Position numbers and translations under genes: made by a program. From NCBI GenBank assembly GCA_032718475.1, contig JAUCBJ010003312.1, positions 1-53,891 on the forward strand: a DNA stretch of 53,891 nt, written 5' to 3'. Below the pieces are notes generated by a model, which saw nothing but the letters and a program-made list of their open reading frames with translations, searched no databases and was not told the DNA's origin. This document shows positions 12,355-25,827 of this stretch, piece by piece. Position 1 is the first letter of the stretch. Every line of letters starts with the position of its first letter. Origin of the DNA: Nemertoderma westbladi. Taxonomy: Eukaryota > Animalia > Xenacoelomorpha.

Positions 12355-13241
12355 AGTCTGTGCCTCAGTGAGGCATAGTCTGTGCCTCAGTGATGCATAG
12401 TCTGTGCCTCAGTGAGGCATAGTCTGTGCCTCAGTGAGGCATAGTCTGTGCACCAGTGAGGTATAGTCTCTGCCTCAGTGAGGCATAGTCTATGCCTCAG
12501 TACCTCAGTGTGGCATAATATGTGCCTCAGAGAGGCATAGTCTGTGCCTCAGTGAGGCATAGACTGTGCATCAGTGAGGCATAGACTGTGCATCAGTGAG
12601 GCATAGTCTGTGCCTCAGTGAGGCATAGTCTGTGCCTCAGTGAGGCATAGTCTGTGCCTCAGTGCCTCAGTGAGGCATAGTCTGTGCCTCAGTGCCTTAG
12701 TGAGGCATAGTCTGTGCCTCAGTGAGGCATAGTCTGTGCCTCAGTGGGGCATAGTCTCTTGCCTCAGTGCCTCAGTGAGGCATAGTCTGTGCCTCAGTGA
12801 GGCATAGTCTGTGCCTCAGTGAGGCATAGTCTGTGCCTCAGTGAGGCATAGTCTGTGCCTCAGTGAGGCATAGTCTGCGCCTCAGTGAGGCATAGTCTGC
12901 GCCTCAGCGAGACATAGTCTGTGCCTCAGTGAGGCATAGTCTATGCCTCAGTGCCTCAGTGAGGCATATTCTGTACCTCAGTGCCTCAGTGAGGCATAGT
13001 CTGTGCCTCAGTGCCTCAGTGAAGCATAGTCTGTGCCTCAGTGCCTCAGTGAGGCATAGTCTGTGCCTCAGTGCCTCAGTGAGGCATACTCTGTGCCTCA
13101 GTGAGGCATAGTCTGTGCCTCAGTGAGGCATAGTCTGTGCCTCAGTGAGGCATAGTCTGTGCCTCAGTGAGGCATAGTCTGTGCCTCAGTGCCTCAGCGA
13201 AGCATAGTCTGTGCCTCAGTGAGGCATAGTCTATGCCTCAG
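12355..13241. repeat. 22-bp palindromic satellite, full array (22/30-bp units)
   Basis: Tandem AGTCTGTGCCTCAGTGAGGCAT units; core TGCCTCA-G-TGAGGCA palindrome. Confidence 0.97.
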
Positions 13242-13329
13242 ACCTAAAACTCGAGATTTTAGGAGTGCCTCAGGTCTTAAACCAGTGTCTTACAAATTCG
13301 GATGTTAACGAGCAAATTCGAACAATTCG

Positions 13330-13400
13330 AACAACTAGTGGTTGCGTTGAATTCACATCTCCCATAGGTCATGGGTTCGATCTCCGCATGGACCAGGGCA
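13330..13400 (+). other. Possible degenerate tRNA-derived SINE head
   Basis: A-box-like CTAGTGGTT and B-box-like GGTTCGATCTCC at tRNA-like spacing; no full cloverleaf. Confidence 0.3.
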
Positions 13401-13649
13401 GTTTTCGTTTGGTCAGCAATAGGCCTAAATATACAAAATGCAGTATTATTGCCTAGTAACCAATTCATAGCTACTGTATGGTTTTCACTTGTGACATTTC
13501 GCCCTCTAGCGGCAGACTGGGGAACTTCAGACTACTCTGTGTCTACATAAAAGATAAAGCCTATATTGTAATAGATACCGACTGGGGGGTCAAAATTAAG
13601 TAATAATATATCTAAATAAGTCTCAATCATCTTGCCTCTTTATATTTTT

Positions 13650-16600
13650 AATCTCGATATTTTTACTCTCGATAATTTTCTACACTCGATACTTTTACAC
13701 TCGATATTTTTACTCTCGATATTTTTCAACACTCGATATTTTTACTCTCGATATTTTTACTCGCGATATTTTTCGACATTCGATACTTTTACACTCGATA
13801 TTTTTCAATACCCGATATTTTTACTCTCGATATTTTTCATAACTCGATATTTTTACTCTCGATATTTTTTAACACTCGATATTTTAACTCTCGATATTTT
13901 TACCCTTGATATTTTTCAACACTCGATATTTTTACTCTCGGTATTTTTCAACACTCGATATTTTTACCCTAGATATTTTTACTCTCAATATTATTCAACA
14001 CTGGATATTTTTACTCTCGATATTTTTCAACACTCGATATTTTTACTCTCGATATTTTTACTCTCGATATTTTTACTCTCGATATTTTTACTCTCGATAT
14101 TTTTACTCTCGATATTTTTACTCTCGATATTTTTCTTCTTGATATTTTAACTCTCGATATTTTTACTCGCGATATTTCTACTCTCGATATTTTACTCTCG
14201 ATATTTTTACTCTCGATATTTTTACTCTCGATATTTTTTAACACTCGTTATCTTTTCTCTCGATATTTTTTAACACTCGTTATTTTTACTCTCGATATTT
14301 TTACTCTCGCTATTTTTACTCTCGATATTTTTTAACACTCGTTATCTTTTCTCTCGATATTTTTTAACACTCGTTATTTTTACTCTCGATATTTTTACTC
14401 TCGCTATTTTTACTCTCGATATTTTTACTCTCGATATTTTTTAACACTCGTTATCTTTTCTCTCGATATTTTTTAACACTCGTTATTTTTACTCTCGATA
14501 TTTTTACTCTCGCTATTTTTACTCTCGATATTTTTCAACACTCGATATTTTTACTCTCAATATTTTTTAACACTCGTTATTTTTACTCTCGATGTTTTTC
14601 AACACTCGATATTTTTACTCTCAATATTTTTTAACACTCGTTATTTTTACTCTCGATAATTTTCAACACTCGATATTTTTACTCTCAATATTTTTTAACA
14701 CTCGTTATTTTTACTCTCGATATTTTTACTCTCGCTATTTTTACTCTCGATATTTTTACTCTCGATATTTTTTAACACTCGTTATCTTTTCTCTCGATAT
14801 TTTTTAACACTCGTTATTTTTACTCTCGATATTTTTACTCTCGCTATTTTTTCTCTCGATATTTTTTAACACTCGTTATTTTTACTCTCGATATTTTTCA
14901 ACCCTCGATATTATTACTCTCGATATTTTTACTATCGCTATTTTTACTCTCGATATTTTTCACACCCGTTTTTACTCTCGATATTTTACTCTCGTTTTTT
15001 TCACTCGTTATCTTTTCTCTCGATATTTTTTAACACTCGTTATTTTTACTCTCGATATTTTTACTATCGCTATTTTTACTCTCGATATTTTACTCTCGAT
15101 ATTTATACTCTCGCTATTTTTACTCTCGATATTTTTACTCTCGCTGTTTTTACTCTCGATATTTTTCAACCCTCGATATTTTTACTCTCGATATTTTTAC
15201 TCTCGCTATTTTTACTCTCCATATTTTTCAACACTTGATATTTTTACTCTCGATATTTTATAACACTCGTTATTTTTTCTCTCGATATTTTTTATCACTC
15301 GTTATTTTTACTCTCGATATTTTTACTCTCGCTATTTTTACTCTCGATATTTTTTAACACTCGTTATTTTTTCTCTCGATATTTTTCAACACTCGATATT
15401 TTTACTCTCGGTATTTTTCAACACTCGATATTTTTACCCTCGATATTTTTACTCTCGCTATTTTCACTCTCGATATTTTTCAACACTCGATATTTTTACT
15501 CTCGCTATTTTTACTCTCGATATTTTTTAACACTCGTTATTTTTTCTCTCGATATTTTTCAACACTCGATATTTTTACTCTCGGTATTTTTCAACACTCG
15601 ATATTTTTACCCTCGATATTTTTACTCTCGCTATTTTCACTCTCGATATTTTTTAACACTCGTTATTTTTTCTCTCGATATTTTTCAACACTCGATATTT
15701 TTACTCTCGGTATTTTTCAACACTCGATATTTTTACCCTCGATATTTTTACTCTCGCTATTTTCACTCTCGGTATTTTTCAACACTCGATATTTTTACCC
15801 TCAATATTTTTACTCTCGATATTTTTAGTCTCGATATTTTTCAACACTCCTTATTTTTACTCTCGATATATTTCAACACTCGATATATTTCAACACTCGA
15901 TATTTTTACTCTCGATATTTTTACTCTCGATATTTTTACTCTCGATATTTTTACTCTCGATATTTTTACTCTCGATATTTTTACTCTCGATAATTTTACT
16001 CTCGATATTTTTACTCTCGATATTTTTACTCTCGATATTTTTACTCTCGATATTTTTACTCTCGATATTATTCAACACTCGATATTTTTACTCTCGATAT
16101 TTTTCAACTCTATATTTTTCAACGCTCGATATTTTTACTCTCGATATTTTTCAAAAAACGATATTTTTCAACACTATATTTTTCAACGCTCGATATTTTT
16201 ACTCTCGATATTTTTCAACACTCGATATTTTTACTCTCGATATTTTTACTTTCGATATTTTTACTCTCGATATTTTTACTTTCGATATTTTTACTCTCGA
16301 TATTTTTACTCTCGATATTTTTACTCTCCATATTTTTCAACACTCGATATTTTTACTCTCGGTATTTTTCAACACTCGATATTTTTACCCTCGATATTTT
16401 TACTCTCAATATTATTCAACACTCGATATTCTTACTCTCGATATTTTTCAACACTCGATATTTTTACTCTCGATATTTTTACTCTCGATATTTTTACTCT
16501 CGATATTTTTACTCTCGATATTTTTCTTCTTGATATTTTAACTCTCGATATTTTTACTCGCGATATTTCTACTCTCGATATTTTACTCTCGATATTTTTA

Positions 16601-19600
16601 CTCTCGATATTTTTACTCTCGATATTTTTACTCTCGATATTTTTTAACACTCGTTATCTTTTCTCTCGATATTTTTTAACACTCGTTATTTTTACTCTCG
16701 ATATTTTTACTCTCGCTATTTTTACTCTCGATATTTTTTAACACTCGTTATCTTTTCTCTCGATATTTTTTAACACTCGTTATTTTTACTCTCGATATTT
16801 TTACTCTCGCTATTTTTACTCTCGATATTTTTACTCTCGATATTTTTTAACACTCGTTATCTTTTCTCTCGATATTTTTTAACACTCGTTATTTTTACTC
16901 TCGATATTTTTACTCTCGCTATTTTTACTCTCGATATTTTTCAACACTCGATATTTTTACCCTCAATATTTTTACTCTCGATATTTTTAGTCTCGATATT
17001 TTTCAACACTCCTTATTTTTACTCTCGATATATTTCAACACTCGATATATTTCAACACTCGATATTTTTACTCTCGATATTTTTACTCTCGATATTTTTA
17101 CTCTCGATATTTTTACTCTCGATATTTTTACTCTCGATATTTTTACTCTCGATATTTTTACTCTCGATATTTTTACTCTCGATATTTTTACTCTCGATAT
17201 TATTCAACACTCGATATTTTTACTCTCGATATTTTTCAACTCTATATTTTTCAACGCTCGATATTTTTACTCTCGATATTTTTCAAAAAACGATATTTTT
17301 CAACACTATATTTTTCAACGCTCGATATTTTTACTCTCGATATTTTTCAACACTCGATATTTTTACTCTCGATATTTTTACTTTCGATATTTTTACTCTC
17401 GATATTTTTACTTTCGATATTTTTACTCTCGATATTTTTACTCTCGATATTTTTATTCTCCATATTTTTCAACACTCGATATTTTTACTCTCGGTATTTT
17501 TCAACACTCGATATTTTTACCCTCGATATTTTTACTCTCAATATTATTCAACACTCGATATTTTTACTCTCGATATTTTTCAACACTCGATATTTTTCAA
17601 CACTCGATATTTTTACTCTCGATATTTTTACTCTCGATATTTTTACTCTCGATATTTTTACTCTCGATATTTTTCTTCTTGATATTTTAACTCTCGATAT
17701 TTTTACTCGCGATATTTCTACTCTCGATATTTTACTCTCGATATTTTTACTCTCGATATTTTTACTCTCGATATTTTTACTCTCGATATTTTTTAACACT
17801 CGTTATCTTTTCTCTCGATATTTTTTAACACTCGTTATTTTTACTCTCGATATTTTTACTCTCGCTATTTTTACTCTCGATATTTTTTAACACTCGTTAT
17901 CTTTTCTCTCGATATTTTTTAACACTCGTTATTTTTACTCTCGATATTTTTACTCTCGCTATTTTTACTCTCGATATTTTTACTCTCGATATTTTTTAAC
18001 ACTCGTTATCTTTTCTCTCGATATTTTTTAACACTCGTTATTTTTACTCTCGATATTTTTACTCTCGCTATTTTTACTCTCGATATTTTTCAACACTCGA
18101 TATCTTTACTCTCGATATTTTTCAACACTCGATATTTTTACTCTCAATATTTTTTAACACTCGTTATTTTTACTCTCGATATTTTTCAACCCTCGATATT
18201 TTTACTCTCGATATTTTTACTCTCGATACTTTTACTCTCGATATTTTTACTCTCGATATTTTTCTTCTTGATATTTTTACTCTCGATATTTTTACTCTCG
18301 CTATTTTTACTCTCGATATTTTTCAACACTCGATATTTTTACTCTCGATATTTTTTAACACTCGTTATTTTTTCTCTCGATATTTTTTAACACTCGTTAT
18401 TTTTACTCTCGATATTTTTACTCTCGCTATTTTTACTCTCGATATTTTTCAACACTCGATATTTTTACTCTCGATATTTTTTAACACTCGTTATTTTTTC
18501 TCTCGATATTTTTTAACACTCGTTATTTTTACTCTCGATATTTTTACTCTCGCTATTTTTACTCTCGATATTTTTTAACACTCGTTATTTTTTCTCTCGA
18601 TATTTTTCAACCCTCGATATTATTACTCTCGATATTTTTACTATCGCTATTTTTACTCTCGATATTTTTCACACCCGTTTTTTACTCTCGATATTTTTAC
18701 TCTCGCTATTTTTACTCTCGATATTTTTTAACACTCGTTATCTTTTCTCTCGATATTTTTTAACACTCGTTATTTTTACTCTCGATATTTTTACTCTCGC
18801 TATTTTTACTCTCGATATTTTTCAACACTCGATATTTTTACTCTCAATATTTTTTAACACTCGTTATTTTTACTCTCGATATTTTTCAACCCTCGATATT
18901 TTTACTCTCGATATTTTTACTCTCGATACTTTTACTCTCGATATTTTTACTCTCGATATTTTTCTTCTTGATATTTTTACTCTCGATATTTTTACTCTCG
19001 CTATTTTTACTCTCGATATTTTTCAACACTCGATATTTTTACTCTCGATATTTTTTAACACTCGTTATTTTTTCTCTCGATATTTTTTAACACTCGTTAT
19101 TTTTACTCTCGATATTTTTACTCTCGCTATTTTTACTCTCGATATTTTTTAACACTCGTTATTTTTACTCTCGATATTTTTCAACCCTCGATATTATTAC
19201 TCTCGATATTTTTACTATCGCTATTTTTACTCTCGATATTTTTAAACACCCGATATTTTACTCTCGCTATTTTTACTCTCGATATTTTACTCTCGATATT
19301 TATACTCTCGCTATTTTTACTCTCGATATTTTTACTCTCGATATTTTTACTCTCGATATTTTTACTCTCGATATTTTTACTCTCGATATTATTCAACACT
19401 CGATATTTTTACTCTCGATATTTTTCAACACTATATTATTCAACACTCGATATTTTTCAACGCTCGATATTTTTACTCTCGATATTTTTCAACACTCGAT
19501 ATTTTTACTCTCTACATTTTTACTCTCGATATTTTTACTCTCGATATTTTTACTCTCGATATTTTTACTCTCGATATTTTTACTCTCGATATTTTTACTC

Positions 19601-19975
19601 TCGATATTTTTACTCTCGATATTTTTACTCTCGATATTTTTACTCTCGATATTTTTACTCTCGATATTATTCAACACTCGATATTTTTACTCTCGATATT
19701 TTTCAACACTATATTATTCAACACTCGATATTTTTCAACGCTCGATATTTTTACTCTCGATATTTTTCAACACTCGATATTTTTACTCTCGATATTTTTA
19801 CTCTCGATATTTTTACTTTCGATATTTTTACTCTCGATATTTTTATTCTCGATATTTTTACTTTCGATATTTTTACTCTCGATATTTTTACTTTCGATAT
19901 TTTTACTCTCGATATTTTTACTCTCGATATTTTTACTCTCCATATTTTTCAACACTCGATATTTTTACTCTCATT
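13650..19975. repeat. 6.3-kb satellite of 15-bp (ACTCTCGATATTTTT) and 18-bp (TCAACACTCGATATTTTT-type) units with higher-order duplications
   Basis: Directly visible; the ORF-track peptides (KNIES)n and (SRYFY)n are its translations. Confidence 0.98.
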
Positions 19976-20759
19976 GTTGTATTGTTGTTGTTCTTTAAGT
20001 AAATTTAAAATTCTAATTTGAAAATACTCCTTATTTTGAATGTGTATCGATATAGCATTAATCAGCTTTTGGCAATTTATGCGTTAATAGCTTTCACTAT
20101 CTTATGTAAAGTGACATCTGTATAACCAACAGTAGGTACTGTATTCCAAAGTAAGCAATAATGAATTAATAAATACGAAACATTTTTTAATATTTTTTTG
20201 TATATACTTAAATGTAAATACACAATGTAATAATTAAGATGTAATTTTACTGATAATTAATCCATCATCATCCGGATTACTCCGGCTCAGGAGGCTTTAA
20301 TTAATCGCCTTCTGGTTATTATCAAATAAAATAACTGTTGTGTTGGCAGGCAGCGAATATCACCAAATGTAAACTGATCCTTCGCATCGCCCATGAAGTG
20401 AAAAATATCAGGTTTTCACTTCTAGGTTGAATTTTTATTGGAATTATATACTGTATATGTCGAATTTGGATTTTTTAATAATTTCGTAGTAATTGTTTTA
20501 TAGCGATCACTTCGATCTTATAACCTGTACAAATACTAATTTATTTATCACTAATCTCTTTATTGTTTTGGTTAGATTCAGTCCTTTTGTAACCTGGTGC
20601 ACCCTAAACGTTTGTACAATCAGACTAATACCAACTGTAGTAATTAATGTAGTTCTTAATTATTTCATTTTAACATTTATTTAAAAAAAACGACGTTGAT
20701 GGTAAATCAAAGTAAATTATCTAGTAGGCCCGAATACCTCACTCCGCAGTCCGCACCTC

Positions 20760-20766
20760 TATAAAA
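20760..20766 (+). promoter_or_regulatory. Candidate TATA box upstream of the ABCB6-like gene
   Basis: TATAAAA in a locally GC-richer context about 420 bp before the putative ATG; motif match only. Confidence 0.2.
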
Positions 20767-21186
20767 ACCAAAGCCGGCTGCCCAGTATAAGAAACTGGGC
20801 ACAATTACATCGTAATCTGGTTTCCTGGGAACAGATTACACGTGAAAAGAACCGCATTATCAATGGGTAGGCCTATTGTCTACACACCCATAAGTAAAGT
20901 AACACATTGAATTTACTAAGGCCCAATAATGGGAAGTTACGCAAGCAACCACACACCCTGGTTGGGGGTGGTACGTGGTATGGCTTACCACGTATTTAGG
21001 CCCTTTAATAATAAAGGACACGACAGTTGAGACCAAATGTCCCATTATGTGCAGACATGTTGTATAAAAATCTATTTTAAATTATCATGCCACCCAAAAG
21101 CAACCTGCTAAGATTTAAGTTATGTTATATTATATAATTTGTAGTTGTATAATTGAATTTTAATTTATTGCATTATTGATTGAATA

Positions 21187-21355
21187 ATGGTCTCAAAATC
21201 GTCTCATCATTACTTGCGGAGTTTTCGTAAGATGTTATATTACTTATGGCCAACAGGGAAACCTTTCCTTCAACTGAATCTCATATTATGTTTGCTGCTA
21301 ATAGTTGTTGGTCGCGTGGCTAATCTCTTTGTTCCAATTCTCTTCAAACGAATAG
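21187..21355 (+). CDS. ABCB6: ABCB6/HMT-1-like half ABC transporter, first visible coding exon
   Basis: MVSKSSHHYLRSFRKMLYYLWPTGKPFLQLNLILCLLLIVVGRVANLFVPILFKRI matches the ABCB6 YLWP...VP TM segment; GT donor at 21356 (phase 1); in-frame TGA at 21181. Start position uncertain. Confidence 0.8.
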
Positions 21356-21659
21356 GTTAGTGAGAATAATAATAATAATTAAATCGACCGACTACCCTTT
21401 CCCAGGCGGCCCCATGTATATTGTATAGTGAGTTAGTGGCGTCCCTTAAGTGCCTACACTCAATCTCCACCCATCATCATTCATTGTGTCTCTGTAATCA
21501 TTGTAAAGGAGAATGAACACATCTCTAACCAAATCCTATATAGCATTGGCGGTGCATCAGTACTCCCCGCGAGACAGAGCCGCCCCCGCTTCGCAGGATA
21601 TTGCTGTTTATGTCCACATGTGTCATATCATATACTGTAGATATTTCATTTATTTACAG

Positions 21660-21867
21660 TGGACCACCTAACACTAACACCTAATGACAATCATCCAATA
21701 ACACTTCCATATACATTAATCTTAACCTACGTGGGAATTCGTTTCGTTGAAGGCAGCGGTTTCACTGGTATTGGTCTTCTAAACAATATTAAAGATTATC
21801 TCTTCATACCGCTACAACAACACTTAACGATAACCATATCCATTGGTCTTCTGAGACATATTCACAG
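21660..21867 (+). CDS. ABCB6: ABCB6-like exon 2
   Basis: TTACAG acceptor; ...YVGIRFVEGSGFTGIGLLNNIKDYLFIPLQQH...LRHIH; GTAAT donor; phases 1/2 consistent. Confidence 0.9.
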
Positions 21868-23432
21868 GTAATATTCACACCCAATAACAATAAATATAAT
21901 AACCTGTTACTTGATATAATTGATATAATTCATTACAATAAATTGTTAAATATTAGGCCTAGCACAAAAACCCAAAAAGAAATAAAAAAGTTCGGTGGAT
22001 TTAAATGTTTTTTACGGTATAAAGCAAAACGTAATCATAATAGGTAGGGTTTGAGTCGTGTGGATTGTAGGCGATAATACAAATTTGCCTAAATTATTTC
22101 AGCTGAACAAAAACAAAAACAGAAGAATGGCCTACCTACATACACCATACCATATGCCTCATATTGTCTAAATTGATAATGATCTCACCACCACACCCCG
22201 CCAATTTTAACATTCCCAGAGTACACGGAAACAGGGGCCGTCAAGGGGGGGGGGGGGGGGATTTTTATATCCCATATAACAATATTGTATAAAATAAACA
22301 GCGCCGAAATATCACTTGAACCTGATGTTATGCCCTTTATGGTAATCACTGGGAACCCATGTCGTGAAAGGAAAAGCGACCACAAAGCGGTTCACTCTCG
22401 CAACTGAAAGATATTTGTCCGAGTTCGCTCGACATAGTAGTAGTAGTAAGAGTACGCTTTATAAGCGGTTAATTTTATTTTAATCAAAATAATTTTAATG
22501 ATTTAATTCTGTGAACCAATATAATTGCAATTAAGTACTCCACTTTTACCGCTGCATGGGAAACCCAAAAAAAGTCTTGGTTTGTTTTATGAAGAGTGTG
22601 GCTGATTAATGTGGGAGTATGGATGGGAATGTCACGAAAAGTTAGCACGTTGTATAATATTACGCAGGTTAGTAAAATGACAGAATGTCGGGTGGATGTC
22701 AATCAAACAATAATGTTGGTATATATTGAAGAAAATAGGAGGATACAGAGGTGGGCTTTTCTAACCAAAACAATGTTGTTACCAATTGCGGGAAAGGAGC
22801 ACGTTACATTCCCATATTCCCCCACGTCTCACTTTCTAAACCACCCACTTTCCGCCCGACTGACCAACAACTGTCCGACCGACCAACCGACCGACCGTCA
22901 GCCCACTCTAACTTGTCGCTCAAAAACATCTTCGCGCAGTACGTGAATACCAAAATATCCCATTGTGAAGTTTCCCAGACACTTTGGGAAGATGGTAAAA
23001 ACTACGAACGTTACCAAATGATAGTTAAATACCCAAAATCCTTTTCGGTGTTTTTTTCGTTGAGAAAAGGGATACTGAGTAGCTTCACATGGGCGCAATG
23101 TGAAGCAATCTTGAAATCTTAATGACATAGGCATAGCATGGAATTATAACCGGGGAGAGTTGGACATCCCTATTTATTTGCTGGTGAGCCACAATTATAA
23201 ATTTACTTTTAAATACAAGCGTTTATACAAGGTGTAGCCCCCAATAGTTTACCAGTCGCAGCGCAATGGCATTTTTTTTGATTTTTTTTGATATAAAATG
23301 ATGATGGAAATGGAAAGGAACCCAAATCTGTAACAAAATCTAATTCTAGTAAGAAATCGTCGAAATATGGGCGTTCAAAAGTTACATGTCTGTAATTTAT
23401 TTAATTTAATTGCCAATTTGTGTCCATTTCAG

Positions 23433-23644
23433 TTTGTCTCTCCGTTGGCATCTGAGTCGGAACACCGGATCCGTTATCCGAATTATCGACCGCGGAACTG
23501 AAAGTCTTCGAATTGTCACCCAACACCTAATCTTCACTGTAATTCCAACCATCGTAGATGTCCTAATCGCTGTTAACTTCTTCATGGTTGCCTTTTCTAT
23601 TGAATTCGGTTGCATCATTCTCACAGTGCTTGTGTTTTACATAT
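23433..23644 (+). CDS. ABCB6: ABCB6-like exon 3
   Basis: LSLRWHLSRNTGSVIRIIDRGT (ABCB6/ATM1 signature); AG/GTAAGT boundaries; phases 2/1. Confidence 0.95.
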
Positions 23645-24378
23645 GTAAGTAACTAAGTAATTTAATATACTGTAACATAATACAATAACATAATAAGCAA
23701 GTATACAAAACTTTATAGAAGTGCACATAGAAAACTGTAGGCCTTCTAAAACATAGTACAAAACACATCGTTTGTGATAACGGTCCAGAGATTACTACCC
23801 GAATTGACGAATTATACGTGTATTCGCGAATGATTAGCATTAACTGGGCATTAACTGGATTCCTTACATAGAGGAGATGGTAGGAGGATTTATAAGGGCT
23901 AGGGACATATGGGGTCATGACCCGAGCTCATTGGTAGTATGAGGTCTACCTCTGATGAATGCACTTCCCAGTCAAAATCAATGGGTTTGGTTCTCACTTA
24001 CATCTGAGCATACTTGGGACATGAGAAAGGGGGTCAGGATGGCGAGGATGTGGGATTGGTTGGCAGTGGCCAGTGGCCAGTGGCCACCATGTTGTTGTCA
24101 CGGTATCTAGCTGGGTATTGGAGTGTTACTTAAGGCTGGATACCGAGGGGGGGGGGGGGGGGGTAATACAGTGTCTTCGAAATTAGGGGGCCTGTATTTA
24201 TGGCTGTATAGACATATAACAGTTCCTGACCTGGACCTTGGGGAAAACTAACTTCTTGTCTTTACTTCCATGTATAATAGTAACAGTATATCACAGGTAA
24301 CAGACAGCACAATGTGATGCACAAAGAACTCTGGGTCTACATCGGTACCAATCATACGGTTATAATACCGTAATAAAG

Positions 24379-25480
24379 TGTAACCTACACCATAAAAAAC
24401 TATGGGCGTAATATCTCAATAGACGATATTACAGTAGTATCACTGATTCTAATTCACGGTTAACATTGAGTATAACCTACTTTCGGAGGAGAGAGAGAGA
24501 GTGATTGATCTACCCTGATTCGTCAGGATAGGTGGTCTGCTATTGGTTTTGTTGGTAATAAGTTTAGTTACAAGACAGCAGATTGGATGCCTTTGTTTGT
24601 TGTTTGCGTTTGTAGGTTGTATGTAAACTCATCCAACAATATAATAATGAATACAATGGATCGAATCTACTAAATTGGTAGATTGCGCAGTCACGTGCTA
24701 CTAATTTAATTCGAACCATAAGGCATTCTGTTTGTTAGCTTGACCTTTGTAGCTGATAAACAGGGGTGTTAATTGCTTGCCATTTTTAGCTATCGGCTGA
24801 TAAAGGTGACATATTGGTTTTTGGGTGCCGAAGTGCTCTCAGGGATAAATCCCTTAACAGTGGTGTGAGAGCTTTCAGATTATAAAGGGATAGGCAGAGT
24901 GGAGAAAGCCTCTCGCTCAACCAGTGGGAAAAGCGAGGTGAGAGTCAGTTGTTTATGGTTATGTGTGAAAGGATACAAGCTACTCAGGCCTAGACTCCCG
25001 CACCCAATAAGAGTAGGAAGGCAAAACTTGTCATATTATAACCAGTCGAAGAAGGAATATCCGACAGGTCAGATAAGGAATCACCCAAGAGGATATCTGG
25101 TTCTGGATCGAAGACTGCGAGATCAGAGATGAGGGAAGAAATGGAGGAGGGTAACCTCCACCCCAGATATTTTCGGAGATGAGTAATCATGGTATGTATC
25201 ATACTGTTGTAACTCAAAACTGTCCTCGCAGAATGATGCAGGATCAATGAGGTACCATATTAAGATTATGGGCATTGCTGGAAGAACTTTTGACAGAAAT
25301 TGGTTGGAGTTGTCTATTAGGAAGGTAGTAGATCTCAAAATAATTACATTCTTTTTTCTATTAAAAACGATGCTGCACCAATCTAGTATACAAACTAGTT
25401 CGACAGTCTGTTCTGTTGGTCACTTCCCTCCAAATTACTGGAAACTACTGAGAGCTTGTCGACATTGCGTTTGAAATCTT
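24379..25480 (+). mobile_element. Possible degenerate Gypsy-like LTR plus leader/gag relic
   Basis: TGTAAC at 24379 ... GGTGACA at 24811, followed by TGG and GGTGCCGAA (PBS-like), then purine-rich coding-like decayed sequence. Confidence 0.3.
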
Positions 25481-25534
25481 GGTCCTTATTCTAATAACTC
25501 ACATGTCTAGTGTATATGGCAATAATGCTAAAAA

Positions 25535-25750
25535 TTACTATCTCGGGATCCCGACTTATTATCTCGGGATCCCGAGTTACTCTCTCGGGATCCCGACTTT
25601 TTATCTCGGGATCCCGACTTATTATCTCGGGATCCCGACTTATTATCTCGGGATCCCGACTTATTATCTCGGGATCCCGACTTATTATCTCGGGATCCTG
25701 ACTTATTATCTCGGGATCCCGAGTTATTATCTCTGGATCCCGACTTATAT
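25535..25750. repeat. 21-bp minisatellite (TATTATCTCGGGATCCCGACT), about 10 copies
   Basis: Visible tandem units, each with the palindrome TCGGGATCCCGA. Confidence 0.95.
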
Positions 25751-25827
25751 AGGGAAAAAAATGGTGAGACGTCACTTTAGGGGCTCCGTGGGTTTGCTTC
25801 TTTCTTATCTTTATTTATCTGTCCTAG

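Larger units (their letters stand above)
7935..12694 (+). repeat. Tandem segmental duplication of ~3056-7915 (BEL 3' part, LTR, flank, start of satellite)
   Basis: Near identity with an offset of 4879 in the coding part, then 4781-4784 after the minisatellite contraction; about 10 substitutions seen in ~2 kb of pol. Confidence 0.97.

Noticed and set aside
7571-13241. Palindromic short repeats resembling a CRISPR array
   Set aside because: Units are head-to-tail with no unique spacers, there are no cas genes, and the context is eukaryotic.
13632-19955. ORF-track proteins (KNIES)n, (SRYFY)n, (ISRVK)n
   Set aside because: Translations of a satellite whose unit lengths are multiples of 3; no evidence of coding function.
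20598-20604. Metal-response element TGCACCC upstream of a metal-tolerance-family gene
   Set aside because: A single degenerate 7-mer is expected by chance; no cluster.
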